64,000 nucleotides of DNA from Felis catus. Lineage: Eukaryota. Below are positions 1 to 13,267 of the stretch, piece after piece. The translations under genes and the position numbers were made by a program. The stretch is taken from positions 186,498,001 to 186,562,000 of the forward strand of contig NC_058368.1 in assembly GCF_018350175.1 (NCBI RefSeq), in the 5' to 3' direction. Under the pieces are notes generated by a model. It was not told the DNA's origin and did no database searches. It was given only the letters and a program-made list of their open reading frames with translations. Every line of letters starts with the position of its first letter. Position 1 is the first letter of the stretch.

Positions 1-622
1 CTACATCTTTACTGTCACTGTCCTAATTCAGGTGAACATCAATTCTCCTCTGGATTCCTGCAAAAACAGATCTCACGACAGCTACTACCATCTTCCTCCA
101 GTGTCACTAAAACTCATCCTGTCATTCCCCTACCTCAACAGATCAATGGTCCCAAATTGCTACTGCCCAGATCTCTAACTGCATCACTCTTGGGACCACT
201 CTTACCCTTCTCCTTTAGTCTTAGGGTTCTTCCTTCATTCTTCATCTCTGCTATCCTCTCTTGGCCCAAGATATTTGCACATACTATTTCTTCTTCCTGG
301 AACATTCTTCCCCCAACTCTTCATTAGGCTAACTCATCTTTCAAATCTCAATTGAAGCATGAATTTATCCAGCAAGTTTTATTCAAAAACTCAAACTGGT
401 TTATTTGCAGCAATTATGGATTCCATAATATCCTGTCTTTCCCACTTTACACATCATGCTACACCAGTTATTACTTCTATAATGGCTCTACCCACGTGGG
501 AGTGTGAACTCCAAGAGGATAAGGACCATGTCTGCCTTTACCACATGTCATCCCCAGTGCTTGTTAAATAATGTTTGACATAGAGTAGGTGCCCAGTACA
601 TATTTACTGAATAAATGAATGA
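1..622 (+). mobile_element. L2 LINE 3' fragment (ancient)
   Basis: Degenerate L2 3' motifs (ttgcacat...ttcctggaac, gtgaactccaagaggataaggaccatgtc) ending in the typical gtaggtgcccagtacatatttactgaataaatgaatga terminus. Confidence 0.7.
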
Positions 623-1294
623 CTATTTTAGTAAAGATTAAGGGCAGATGATTGATGATTGCTTTTATCTGGCATTTATATGCTTCATGCACAGAGATGA
701 TTTTGAGTCATGATCTCTAAATAGTACTTACAATTTTGCCTTCTCATTGTGTATCTGGGATCACAGAGGATGCTCTCCAGCAACTGATACATCTTCAGAT
801 TCCAGTAGTGCCCTCCCTTGCACATTATTGTTCCAATTTTCACATTCCTAGGTAGCGATATCAGTCTTCCAGAGAGAAGTCCTAGAGAAGTCCTAGAAGT
901 CTGCTGTACAATAAAGACCCATTTCAGGTATAAGTTGATCTCAGGTTTTATAGCTAGTGGAAATATCTCTTTGATTATGTTAGTAACATCTATTGGTAAT
1001 AGATATCCCTGAGATGTTACCACAAAGAGAAAATATTTTTTCTCCTTTTGATTGGTTTCAATACATTGCCTTTTTAACCTTAATTCCCTTGAAATGTCTG
1101 TTTCTCTCTTCTCAAGCCAGTCTACGATAATCGCATTAAATTTATGTCCACTCAGACTATATAGATTAATGCTATTAAACCTTGTTTGTTTTCCTGTCCA
1201 CTCATTATGCTTTATTATTAAAAATTGTTAATATTTGTTAATTTCATGCCAAATGCTCCACATATATTTATGTCATTGTAAAATCAAATGGAGA

Positions 1295-1450
1295 AGGTGC
1301 AATTATCATTCTCAGTTTTACACAGGAGTAAACCATGGCTTAGAGAGGCTAACTGACCTGTCCAAGTCACAAAGATACGGAGTATTCAAACTGGGATTTA
1401 AACCCAAAGTTCTGCCTCCAGTTCCTTTGAAACTGTCAGTTTGCACTGTG
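1295..1450 (-). mobile_element. MIR SINE fragment
   Basis: Reverse MIR core: cagttttacacagg...cttagagaggctaactgacctgtccaagtcaca...gggatttaaaccc. Confidence 0.7.
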
Positions 1451-2435
1451 CTATTGTTTTACATGCTGAGACACAAGTAATTTTAACTCTTTGCCCACCT
1501 CTCCTTTAATTTTCTGTATAAGGTAAGCCTTCAATAAGTACTTGTTTAACTCTTCACTGGGCTGTTATTATTACTGCTGAATGACAGTATTTGTGGTACT
1601 GTTCTTTTCACTGATTTTTTCTTTCCTAACCCAAACTGAAGAGAGCGTAAGCGGGAGAGGCTGGCAGTGCAGAAAGTGCAACAAGAATAAATAAAAGTCG
1701 GCAGGAAAGACAAGATTGCTAGGGTTTCACCAGTTAGTTACTTGGGGTTCAAACTGCTTTAGGAATCCGCTGGACGTAATGCTAGTAATCTAAACTTTGT
1801 TCTTCCTTCAGGACGTTCGCTTGTGTAAAAGATTCCCATTGTAGAGAAATGTAAAAAGAAATGGAGGAAAATTGGCAATTTTGCTCTATCATGGGTCTAT
1901 ATTTTGGTTCCTGTAACTCGCAACCTGAGTAATTAATGATGGAAGAATTACAGATTTTTACCTTTCTCGTTTATGGCGCTGATTTTCACCTGTCCCTAAT
2001 TCAGAAACTCCCTTACTCTGTGAAGGCACACAGCTCTTCCTTCCCGCTCGCGTTTCCTCCCAGGGGCGCTTTCGGATTCCCGCCTCAAGGCCCTCCCGCC
2101 TCCACCCTCCCCTCGGAGTCATTCCCCCAAGCCTCCCCAGGATGACCCTCTGACCTAGGCGGGGGAGGAGGGAGGTTGTCCGGAGGTAAATGGGTCAGGA
2201 GCAAGGCTCGGACCTGGACCGCGGGGAGGCCCGGGTGCTGCGGGGACCGAGAGCCGGCCGAGCGCCGCCAGCCCCTGCCTCGGCTGCGGGCGGTGAGCGC
2301 CCCTCCTCCTCTCCGACTTAGCCCGCAAGCGCGCGCCTCCCACTCCCGCAGCGGTCGAGGGCTCCTCGGGCCGGGGGAACTGCGCCGCGGCCGAGAGCCG
2401 GCAGCCGGCAAGGTCTCGGACGTGGGAACCAAGCC

Positions 2436-2635
2436 TGTCTAGTCTAGTGGTTAGGGACGCTGGCTTTGGAGCCCAATTCTGTTTCCACCTCTCGCCTGCT
2501 AGGTGACCTTGGGCGAGTTGCTTCAGTGTGCCAGTTTCTAAGTCGATATGGGGAAACTGAGGTGAGGTCTAAATCCTAGGATTGTTATATTAACAAAGCA
2601 CTCCAGGCAAGTAGTAAGCGCTCAGTTAATAGACA
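2436..2635 (+). mobile_element. MIR SINE embedded in the CpG island
   Basis: ctagtggttagggacgctggctttggagcc...gtgaccttgggcgagttgctt...cagtttc...gtaagcgctcagttaata follows the MIR consensus from head to tail. Confidence 0.7.
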
Positions 2636-3179
2636 GCAACGGTCAGCCCTCAAGAGTGAGAAGCGAAAACTGCTCTAGGTCCAAGGATGTAGGTTTGCGC
2701 TCTCGCTTTTCCAGTTCTGCACCGAGGAGTAGGGGGAGGGGCCGCCGGGAGCACCTGCCCTCCCTCCCCTCCCCCCCTCCTCCCCTGTTCCAAGATAACT
2801 CGGGAGTAGCGGGGAGGCATTCGTCCCAGCCTTGGGTTCGGGCTCCTTAACGCGGCCCAGATCCCCCAGCCTAGTGGCAGCCCGCGGCGCCCGCGGCACG
2901 TCTCTCTCCCGCGAGCTGAGGAAACATTTCTGCCCTGAATTGAGTATCTCCCTCCCTCTCCGACCACAGAGCTCGCTCGCTGCCTCCTCTGGGACTCGGC
3001 AGTCGTGGGGAGTCCGGCAAAGCCTCGGGCGGGAGGGAAGAGACAACCTCAGCGTGTGAGAGTGTCCCCCCGCCCTGGGAAGGGAAGCGAGGACGAGGGG
3101 TGGCGCGGAGACCGGGGGAGAACGCCGGGCCCCCTGGCGCTCCTGGGCCCCATCCTCATTTTGCTGCCTTCTAGGGACT

Positions 3180-3330
3180 GCTCTGGCTTTTCCCGTCCCG
3201 AGGCACACACATCCCCGGAATAGCCAGGTGTCCCAGGCCGCCACACGCCCGGCTCTCCGCCTAGGGCAGAGAGGCCGGAGGCTCCAGCTCAGCACGCGGC
3301 GGGAGTGGGCGGCGAGCGCCAGCAGGCGAG
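3180..3330 (+). other. GABRB2: Probable non-coding 5' UTR exon of GABRB2 (3' end defined, 5' start uncertain)
   Basis: Strong donor GAG|GTAAGG at 3330/3331 inside the CpG island, pairing with the acceptor cctctcttcag|TGAAAC at 4521/4522, 32 nt before the ATG. The start coordinate is a placeholder. Confidence 0.5.
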
Positions 3331-3643
3331 GTAAGGAGGGGCGGGGGGCGGGTGGGGAGAGTGCCTTCACGTGCGCGCGCCTGTGCGCGTGCTCCGAGGG
3401 GGCGTCGGGTGGGGGTCCGCCCCAGGGCCACCCGCCCTTCCTGCACCGTGTCCCCGCCCCAGCCCCCTCGCACCCTGCACCCAGGCTCCGGTGCTAGCCG
3501 CGCGCGTTCCCCACGCCCCCGTGTCCCAGCACCCCCTGATCCAAACCCCACCCTCCCCACTAATAATTTCCCAATGCAGAATCAGACCGAAACCTGGAGA
3601 GAGAACGTTGCCTTTCTGCTCCCCTCGCCCCCCCCCCCCCTTC

Positions 3644-3651
3644 TATAAATA
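3644..3651 (+). promoter_or_regulatory. TATA-like box
   Basis: TATAAATA after a C13 run, with CACGTCA (CRE/ATF half-site) at 3672-3678. Confidence 0.3.
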
Positions 3652-4457
3652 ATCCGGACTAGCGGGTCAGGCACGTCACACGGCAAGAAACCGGGACCCC
3701 GACGTTTTCTTCTCTGGGAATAGGGGGTAAAGGGTGAGGAGAAGGAGAAAGAAATTGCTCGTGAGTAGTGAAGAAAAGCTTGCTCCTTGACTCCTAGAAG
3801 AGACCAGGCACCATTTTATTCTTTTCTTTTTCTTTCTTTTTTATTTTTCCATTTCTTATTCTCTACCCCCCCTCCCCGCCCCAAATCCAATGGATTGCTC
3901 AGCACTTCTCCCATTGGTTTCTTTCCTCCCTCCCCCTTCGACTACTGCACCCACCGTCCCTCCCCCCCCCAACCCCCGCTGCACAACCCCCACCTCCAGC
4001 ACACGTCTCGCCCCACGCAGGGGATGCTATTCTCCAGGAAATAAAGTTCAAACTCCTCGCCTCATAGGCTTGCTGAGACCAGAAATGGGCTCCCAGGCAC
4101 CCGTCTTCCACTAGCACTCCACACCTGCTGTCTTTTAAATTCCTAATCTGGTTTTGCATATTTAAGAGGAAACATACATACACGCCCCAAAAACCCACAA
4201 CCCGTGAGGTGCAAAACTGCCTCCCGCAACTACCAAAACTTACCCGAGGCTCTAGTTGTTTTTGTCTTAACGGAAGGAAAACAAAGATTTTACTCTGGGC
4301 CCTCCAGTGGGGTGATATTCAACTATGTATATGTTGTACACATATATGTTTTTTCTTTCTCCCCTTTAATTTTTTTTTTTTTTTTTTTTTTCCCTTGCAA
4401 GAAAATCTGCTCGGTCCCAGGCAGCCGCCGCTGCCCCTTTGATGTTTTGGTACACCG

Positions 4458-4468
4458 TGCGCATGCGC
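4458..4468. promoter_or_regulatory. NRF1 binding motif
   Basis: TGCGCATGCGC matches the NRF1 core, about 90 nt upstream of the ATG. Confidence 0.6.
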
Positions 4469-4478
4469 CTCACATTAG

Positions 4479-4631
<153 letters not shown>

Positions 4632-4731
4632 TAAGTGTGCCCAGCATTTCTCTTTTTCATTTTACTTTGAAGGGCTCTGTCTGCATACCTCTGTGAGCAG
4701 GGATCTGTAGTGAGGATCGGATAGATGCTGA

Positions 4732-4929
<198 letters not shown>

Positions 4930-5839
4930 TAAGCTGTCTTTTGAGCTTTGTGTGCGCTGTGCCTTCCCTCTCCCTATTGTTGGCTGCATGTGGTATATCG
5001 GATGTGTCTCTGTGTTACCATATTGAGAAAGTGATCCAAACTTAAGCCTATTTGTCAGTATCCAGCACTTAGATGGTCTTTCAGTGAGACCCTCTTAGAG
5101 TTTATAGGTGACTGCTGTTCTTCACCTTCACTGCTAAAATCCTTTGCTTCACCGTCTTTGCTTCATTGAGATACGAGCCTCTTAAGTTTAGTTAATGGTG
5201 TACCCAGAGAACCTGGCTTACTGGAGGCCATCGTGAACATTTTTGAGAATAAAATGTGCAGGCAATTGGTTGAAAAGTGGCATTAATCCCCTGTGCCCGC
5301 CTACTTTGGAAGAGTTCTGGCATGGTTTAAAGTGGCTGGTGTCTGGGTATTCTCCAGTCCTGGAAGCCCCACTGCTTAGGGCGGTGGGAGGGAGGGGGGG
5401 TTCGGGAGCGCCAGAAGGTAGGTGGGGAGGTAGGTGGGAGAAGGGCGAAGGACCCCTTGCTGCAGCCTTAGATACACTGTTATGCCCATTTAATTTTGCT
5501 TTAGACTCTTATGAAGCTCAAAGAGTTAAACCTGCTCACTGAAGGATAGTGGGAAAGAATGAGGAGGAGGGGGTTTTAGTGCAATATATAAAATTCCCTC
5601 GGGCTAGACTGATTCCTGTGCTTCTGTGAGTTGTGTGTATTCTCACACTGAGACAGCTACATATGTAGACAGAATTGGAATCTCTTCCACAAAGGCACGT
5701 GTGTGCATGTTCCATAGAGCGTTTCCTAGAGGAGTGCCTGGCACTCTTTTTAAAAAGGAGTAATGAGGGTGAACAGCGGGGGAGGGATCTGGGGCAGAAT
5801 ACCCCAAGCCCAGGGACTACTCTTGCTGAGAATGAATGA

Positions 5840-6061
<222 letters not shown>

Positions 6062-6726
6062 TGAGGGCTGGGAATTTTGCTTTGGAACCCACTGTGTTTG
6101 AGGTTTCAGAGCCCTTGCTTTTTGGTCCCTAATGATTTTTCCAACCTGGTTCAGATACTTGAGAATTGGTACAGAGCAAGTAAAAGCATCATAATTCATG
6201 TGCAAAACACAACCACATGCAAGATCCCTTGCAGAAGCCACATTTCCTAAGGTTTATTGAGGAACCAGGTTCATCAAGTGATTTTCTGAGTTTGGAGTGG
6301 GGTCAGGAAAAGAGGGAACGGTTTTGAGGCTATTTCACAAGGAATATAATCTTACAAACTAAACTGTCGCTAATAGACTAAATAAATGACCCTGGGATAC
6401 AGATGTCCACTTGTTGCTTTCAGAGATGGCCTTTTTACAAGCTGATGGCTGTCACCTCCCTCCACAATTGTTCACCTGTTCTTTTAATGTCTCTTCCCCA
6501 CAAAAATAAATTAAAAAATTGTCCACCCTGTGTTCTGAAGGTAGGCTCAGACCCATGTGCCCTATCTAGTCACTTTTGCAGTGTTGTACACTGCATGTCC
6601 TAAGCTTGTACAGTTTATGGACAGCAGCACTCCTTAGTGGCTACCTCCTTGGAATTGGGGCAAATGCTGAGAAAAAGCCTCTCTCTTCCTGACCAGGGAC
6701 ACTTGTGGGGGGTTTGTTTCATGCAG

Positions 6727-6761
6727 GAGCGCCCCCTGCTGCCCATGTGGGGGCACTGCAG
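6727..6761 (-). promoter_or_regulatory. CTCF site, core plus upstream motif
   Basis: Minus strand reads CTGCAGTGCCC-CCACA-TGGGCAGCAGGGGGCGCTC. Confidence 0.75.
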
Positions 6762-7847
6762 ACAGACAAAACCATGACAAGTGTCCTAGATACCCCAGAA
6801 TACTTGGGCTGCTTCTTTCTCCAGTGACTTTTCTACTCTGTGTTGTTAAAGTTTTCTCCCTTGGAAAAGTCTGTCTAGAAAGGCCACATTTGACTGTAAG
6901 ATGGTAATGTTACTTTCAATACTGAAAGCACACCGCACATTTCAGAAGACTGTTGTGGCATGGTTCTTCCTAGAAATGAAATGCACTAATAAAGAAAAGG
7001 GTGTAGTGTGTAAAGTTTTATGTAAAAGACTTCTCAGCCAGCCATCAGGACTTGAAAGTTAGGACATTTACTAATTAACTCAAGACAGCAAAAGTAGTTG
7101 ATATGTTCTTAACATTATGCAGATTTTCATATTCCCAGAGTTTAAATAGAGAGAAAACTCAAATAACTAACCTCATCCCTATACATTGTCCAAAGACAGG
7201 TGATAGTCATTAGCATTATGACATTATAAAACATAACTACTCCAGGGAATATTCAACTCTTTCTATAAAGTTTCCACAAAGTTTTAATGCCATGTATCTT
7301 CTTATATTCTAATTATTGGGAAGGCTTTTTTCATATAGGATATAAACACAGACTGAGACAATATTGGGTGATTCAGAACCACAGATTTCCCACATATTAT
7401 GAAAATTCCCTGTGTGTCTAGAGAATACATTTTCCTTGGGAAACTAATTTCTCAGATGCACAAATATTCGCTTTTGTGGAATTCTAGAGGTCTTTCATTA
7501 GTTTAAATTTTGAGTTTTACTAGAAAAATTTAAAAAGGTCCTAATGTGGGTACTTCCTAAGTCCCAAAGACTTGAATCTAAATTGTGTTGCTAGACACAA
7601 AGTGATGACAGAAATCAGATGTGGTTCTGTGCGTCCTGCATGTGGTTAAATTAGGCTGCTTTCTTTTGCCTTTTGATTTATTTATGTTATTTTTTTACAA
7701 CCCTCCTCTTTGGAGCATCACAAAAATGGTGTTCTATGGAAAATTAGGGAATAGATTCTAAACAAACAATGATGAGATGATAGGTCACCTGTGATAGGTC
7801 AGCTATGAACTTGGATATATTATATCCCCCAACTGTTTAGAGTAGTG

Positions 7848-7848
<1 letters not shown>

Positions 7849-7884
<36 letters not shown>
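7849..7884. repeat. (TG)18 microsatellite
   Basis: Seen directly. Confidence 0.95.
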
Positions 7885-7888
<4 letters not shown>

Positions 7889-9554
7889 AAATTTTGTTCA
7901 CCTTTTACCTGCATACAGCATTTTGGAGAGGTATCTGATCTGGACACAATGCCAAGACCTGTTAGTCAAAATATAGACCCAGCTAAGGCGGGGTGACATC
8001 TCTGAAAGCTATTTACTGTTGATGAAAAATCATGGGATGTTGAAAGTGCAAAAACAAATGTCAGGTTGTAAATAGGCCAGTACTGCAGCATTAATGATTA
8101 GAACGAAATGTTAAAAATTCCATGCCAGATTCCTTTCTTAGCCTACTGCTACCACATGTGGACTTGTCCAGACACATTTTTTACTTGTTGAAAAATTAAC
8201 ACTTATTTCAGCTAACATTATAGTGACTTAAATTAATCCTTCAAAGAAAAATTTTGTGATGTATATTATTTTTAAGTATGCTTATTTGATTTGAAGCAAC
8301 AGATGGGAAATTTCATCATTGGTGTGTAAATAAAATAAAGATGCTTGTGGCATATTACCTCTAGTATAGGGGTCTAAAAGTGTTAATATGTCTTGATTAT
8401 TTTTAGTTCTGAAAGAATGGTTGATTATTTAAATGAAACCTCAAAAGTGATTAACATACATGTTTTTGCCTCATTATCTTTTATTACCTGCAACCTCTGG
8501 TAATTGTAACTTTCTTTTACCATGGCGAATCTTCCTTTGAAGGATGGTAGGCTCCAGACCATTTAGATTGTCACTGACTCATTTGTACTGAAGGAAAAGA
8601 GACATGTCAATGTGATACTCTTGGTAAATGACAATGATCGAAAAATCTGAACCAAATCAGGAGTCTTGAATACTAGTTCTGCTTCTGCTGCTCAGTCATC
8701 CTCAGGGAATTCACAGATGGACAGGGCTAAATTTCCTCACCTGTTAAAGAGGAGGAATAGTCCCATTGTACCTATTTCAGGTGACTACCAGAATTAACAA
8801 AACTATACATGTGAAAGTGTTGATGTTCCATGAACATAGCTTATGTAGAAGAGAATTCAAGAGAATTTGTGTCCACTCCAGCTGCTGCCCTAAAGGTAAT
8901 ATACTAGGTCTCAAGTTTGTTTTTTTTTTCTTTTTTTTTTAATGTGTGAATTGAGAGGGGACATAATAATTTGACTTCCAACTCAAAGTTATATGTATTT
9001 CTGGTTTGGTTTATTTAGTAGCTCTGTTGAGTACAAAAAAGTTCCAGGAAAACATGGAAATCTAGCATAAATGTAAGGAAAATGCAGAATTCCTAAATTT
9101 CATACAGTTGTGAGTTCTTACCCGTGAAGGTGAGGTTGGTAGCTTACTCAGGTGACTGTTGGCCCAATGCTAGATCTTTGGAAGAATGTGATTTCAATTA
9201 GAATGCTCCTGAGTGGAAAGCTTGGCTCTAGAATGAAATATTTTTAGATGTCTTGGTTACATTGGCAGGGATCTTTTTGTTAAGGTTCTTTGATGAAAAG
9301 TGCATTTTAAGATCCAAAATTGGCTCTGAGAATTATGGACTGAAATAGCTTTCTCTTCATTTAAAGTAGATTCTTCTCCATCTTGAAACAACACATTTGC
9401 CAACCAAAGAGTGAAGCAATATTTCACTTTTGAGGAAAGAGTTCTAGTAAACACACACACAAATTACCTTTTTATGGAATGGCAAATGAAGAAAACTGCA
9501 GCCTTTTTTTAAAAACAGATGTTTTCTTGCATCACCAGATGCACAGTTTAAAAT

Positions 9555-11560
9555 TCAATTCAACACAAATGCTTATTTAGCAGCTACTATGATCCAGCCA
9601 TGTTGTAGGCCTCAGAGACAGAGCAATGAACAAAATTGATTTGTCTCCTGACCTCATGAGACTTAATATCTAGGTGCTCACTATTCTTAATTCTTCTGTA
9701 GACTCTTACTGTACTTATGCTTAGCATAGTCTTATCTTTTCTTTAAAGCTTTTTTATGAGCAGCTGAATGAGTACCTAGTGGTCTGTATTTCCCATGAAT
9801 TCCTTTGTCACTTCTTGGTTTCACCATTCATTTGTTATTTGCCATTTCAAAATGCTGTGTATGTTACATATTCATTCTGTTTTCCTGATCATGTTATAAA
9901 CTACATGTAGACAGAGTTATAATATATCACTCCATGTGGTTTTGCTCTATACACAATGACTGGTTGGATGTTAGACTCTGGGTGAATGCCACAAATATTG
10001 GGTGAACTATTTGTTTTCATAGCAGCAATTTGTTATTATTCACTAGACACCGTACCATATATGTGGAGAAACAGAGCATAAAATCATAGTCCTCAAATTC
10101 AAGGCAATCGTTGTTTAATATAGAAAAAATCACAATACAGGATTATAAGTGCTTTGCAAGAGGAAATACAAAGGGCATATTGGGAATGCAGAATACTAAG
10201 ATATTACATAGAAATTTCTAGGTGAAGAAATTAACTAGAAATTAAAGGACTGTGGATAGATGTTCCAAGTAGAAATAATGGCACATAGGAGAAAAAGACA
10301 CAGAAAAATAAATGGGGTTAGGAATTTGCAAGTAACTTTGACTGGAATTGGGAGTGGGAGTAAGGAGGTGATAAGAGCTTGTATTGAGATCACAGGTGGT
10401 GATCAAATTATAGAGACCATTTTTGCAGCTTGAAGTGTTAAATTTTGTTCCAAAGACTGTAGAGATCCATGAAAGGATGTGAATAGGAGAATTGCATGAA
10501 CAGATTCACACTTCAAGAAGATGCTTCTGAAATATGAAGAGTTAAGCAAGACTTAAGTTGGGGGATAAGATGAAAACTCACTGCAAAAATCCAGGAAGAA
10601 TTGATGAATTGAGGCAGGGATGTAAAATAGAAGAAAGAAAAACAGCACATTTATGAGGTAGAAGCAGAAGGACCTGGTGAATCCCAAATTTCTGATGGTA
10701 CTATTTATTAATATTCAGAAACAAAAGGGGCATCCAAGTTGGAGGCGGGAGTGAGGGATTAGGTATACGGGCAGATGGTGAGCTCAGTTTGGGATATGTT
10801 GACTTTTCAACACACATGAAATCTCCCAGTGGGGATTGGGAAATACAGGTCTAGAGCTACGTAAAAAAGTCATGACTAGAGAGGTGAGCTTCTACATTGT
10901 CATCGTATAGGTAATATTTATAACAGTATGAATGGACAAAATTAAAAAGGGAAAGTGAATAGACAGCTACAGTTAGAGATCTGGTGAGCACAAGTAGAGG
11001 AACACTGAAAAGGAGTCCACAAAGAGTAACAAGGAGCTAAGCAACAATCAGAGAGTTAGGAAGAGAACCTGCAGATAACAGTGTTTTGGAAGTGGAGGTA
11101 CAAGAGAGTTTAAAAAAGAAGGAAGTGATCAGTTGTGTCACATGCCAAAATGATCAATTGAAATAAGTTGTGAGATTCATCTACCGAGTGTAGTAGTAAC
11201 AAGAGCTCACTGGTAAATATAGAGGACCTTTGGTAGGGAACTATACTTTTGAAAAGTTTGGATCTGAAGTAAAATGGGGAGAGAGCAATTACTAAAAGGA
11301 GTGATATATAATTTGGAGAAGTTTCCTTTGGAAGGGAGCAGGTTGCAGATACAACAAAGGAGATGGGTGGGGCGGTGGGACAGGAAGCTAAAGGCTCACT
11401 TAATTGAAGACCTCTATATTCTCTCCAACATGGGAGACATTTCCTATTGAGAATAGAGGAGGTTAAAATTGGCCTCTGTGGAGAAAGGGTAAGTAAGTGA
11501 GGTTACCTGGGACACACAGAAGGATAGCCAAGAAGCAATGAAGCATGGTGAAGTGTATAT
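9555..11560 (-). mobile_element. L2 LINE fragments
   Basis: Reverse L2 3' end (attcaacacaaatgcttattt...ctactatg) and purine-rich L2 body (gagctcagtttgggatatgttgac, gaagtgatcagttgtgtcacatgc). Confidence 0.65.
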
Positions 11561-11749
11561 GAACACTCTCCGACTACAGGCAGGCTTAAGCCTAAGTGAA
11601 TTATGCTTAGAAGTTCTCCTGCCCAACTTTTAGCAAGCTATTATGTTCTCTCCTTTTTCTTCTACTCCTTTGCACCATCATCCCCTCTCCCTCTCTTGTA
11701 TATTACCCAACATTTTCCAAGTCATGTAACACAAATAGAATAGAATAAA

Positions 11750-11955
11750 GCTAGTGCTTATTGAGTTCTTAACTCATGTAAGTATTCTGTTGATTTGCAT
11801 TATTCCATCCAATGCTCCTATAAAAACAGTGAGGTAGCTACATCAACCTACTTACAAAAGAGGAACCTGAGGCCAAGAGAGGTTAAGTGACTCATTCAAG
11901 GTCACACAGCTAACAAATGACTGACTTCACATTGCTTGATCTTAACCATGCTGCA
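11750..11955 (-). mobile_element. MIR SINE
   Basis: gaggaacctgaggccaagagaggttaagtgactcattcaaggtcacacagct, the reverse MIR core. Confidence 0.8.
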
Positions 11956-13048
11956 GTTTTAAGTTGTAGCAAAGACTCGTTAAAAAAAAAATCATTTTCA
12001 TTCCTTGAGAACCCTGTTTTGTTGTAGTTGCTATTTTTTTGAAAGAGTGGATAGATCAGAGAAACTAATCATAAGATGATACTTCTCACTCTCTTCGCCT
12101 TAAAAAAAATCTTAATTTTATTAGTGATTCCAAGTAGGTAGTTTATTCAGTATATATTAAATGGAAGAAATGATACTCATCCTTGAGAAACACATACTTT
12201 AAATTACATCTGTTGAGCATGATTTAAACCATGCAATAAAGGAAAATTTACATAAGATCCAGAATATTTCATGTGTTGTAATTTCTGTCATTATGAATGG
12301 GTGCTGTTGGTTAACTTGTCTAATAATTTTCTTTTGCCCTAGAAGAATCTATCAGATAACAATTAAGGCCAATAATTGCCAGGAAATACTGGCTGCTACA
12401 TGTTTATGAATCATAAACTCAGGGGTTATGGGCAGTGAGTGGACACTGTGTGAAAACACCACACCCTTTCCCCCCCTTTTTGTTATCATAAATACCTCAT
12501 TTTCAATTGAACTTTTCTTTTTCATTGAGAACGCATTTTTCTGATTTCTGGTTAATTGCTTCTGCAGATAATTCTCCTAAAGGTGGTTGAATTCTTTTCC
12601 TTTTCTTCCCAGAGCTTTCCTTCCTCCATCCCATGTAGTATAAATGAGACTCATTATAAAGATTACATCTCTAGAAGACTTACCTATTTTAAAACATCTA
12701 TGAGACTTGATATTGACAGTTTATAAGTCTATTTTTTCTGGTTAACTCTTAGGGCAATTTTTTTGCTGTTACCTTGTGGGTACCCTGAACAATGCTCTTG
12801 CTTAACTATGGGCATGAAATAAAGATGTGATAATGGGCTTCCTCTGCAGGAGACAGCAGGCTAAGGAAGTATCTCAAGTTTCATGTTTTAGTGCATCATG
12901 TGTGCTTTGGTGTGCTCCTCCAAGTAATTAAGTGGTTGTGGGAATTTTTTAAGAATGTAAATCAAAGTGTTTTTCCTAACTATATGGGAAGGATGTATAT
13001 ATGTTAACTTTGGGGAAGGGCACAATTTGTTTTATGATCATTCTATAA

Positions 13049-13267
13049 CAAAGTTTCTTACCTTCAGCATTGCTGTCACTTTGGACCAGATACTTTTTGT
13101 TGTGAGTGGGCGGTCATGTGCATTGTAAGAAATTTCATGGCATTTCTTGCCTCTACTCCACTTGGCTGCCAGAAGTACTCCTGCTGTTGTGAAAACCAAA
13201 AGTGTCTCCAGAAATTGCTAAATGTGCCATGTGGGGTGAGGGGATTGTCCCCAGTTGAGAGCCACTG
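13049..13267 (+). mobile_element. MER20-like hAT-Charlie non-autonomous DNA transposon
   Basis: gtgcattgtaag...gcctctactccact...gttgtgaaaaccaaaagtgtctccagaaattgctaaatgt...gttgagagccactg; degenerate TIRs. Confidence 0.8.

Larger units (their letters stand above)
2040..3760. promoter_or_regulatory. GABRB2: CpG island / GABRB2 promoter region
   Basis: Sharp rise in GC and CpG density relative to the AT-rich flanks, immediately upstream of the first coding exon; CpG-rich patches continue to ~4630. Confidence 0.9.

Noticed and set aside
685..1023. 112-aa minus-strand ORF upstream of the promoter
   Set aside because: Non-ATG start, no family resemblance I can recognise and no convincing splice structure; a BLAST or RepeatMasker search would be needed to reconsider.
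3287..3320. Possible RE1/NRSE (ctcagcac...gagcgcc)
   Set aside because: Only partial half-sites, with non-canonical spacing and no GGACAG core.
2085..3652. Many overlapping 60-231 aa ORFs on both strands
   Set aside because: Arg/Pro/Gly/Ala-rich products of stop-codon scarcity in a CpG island; no recognisable domain.
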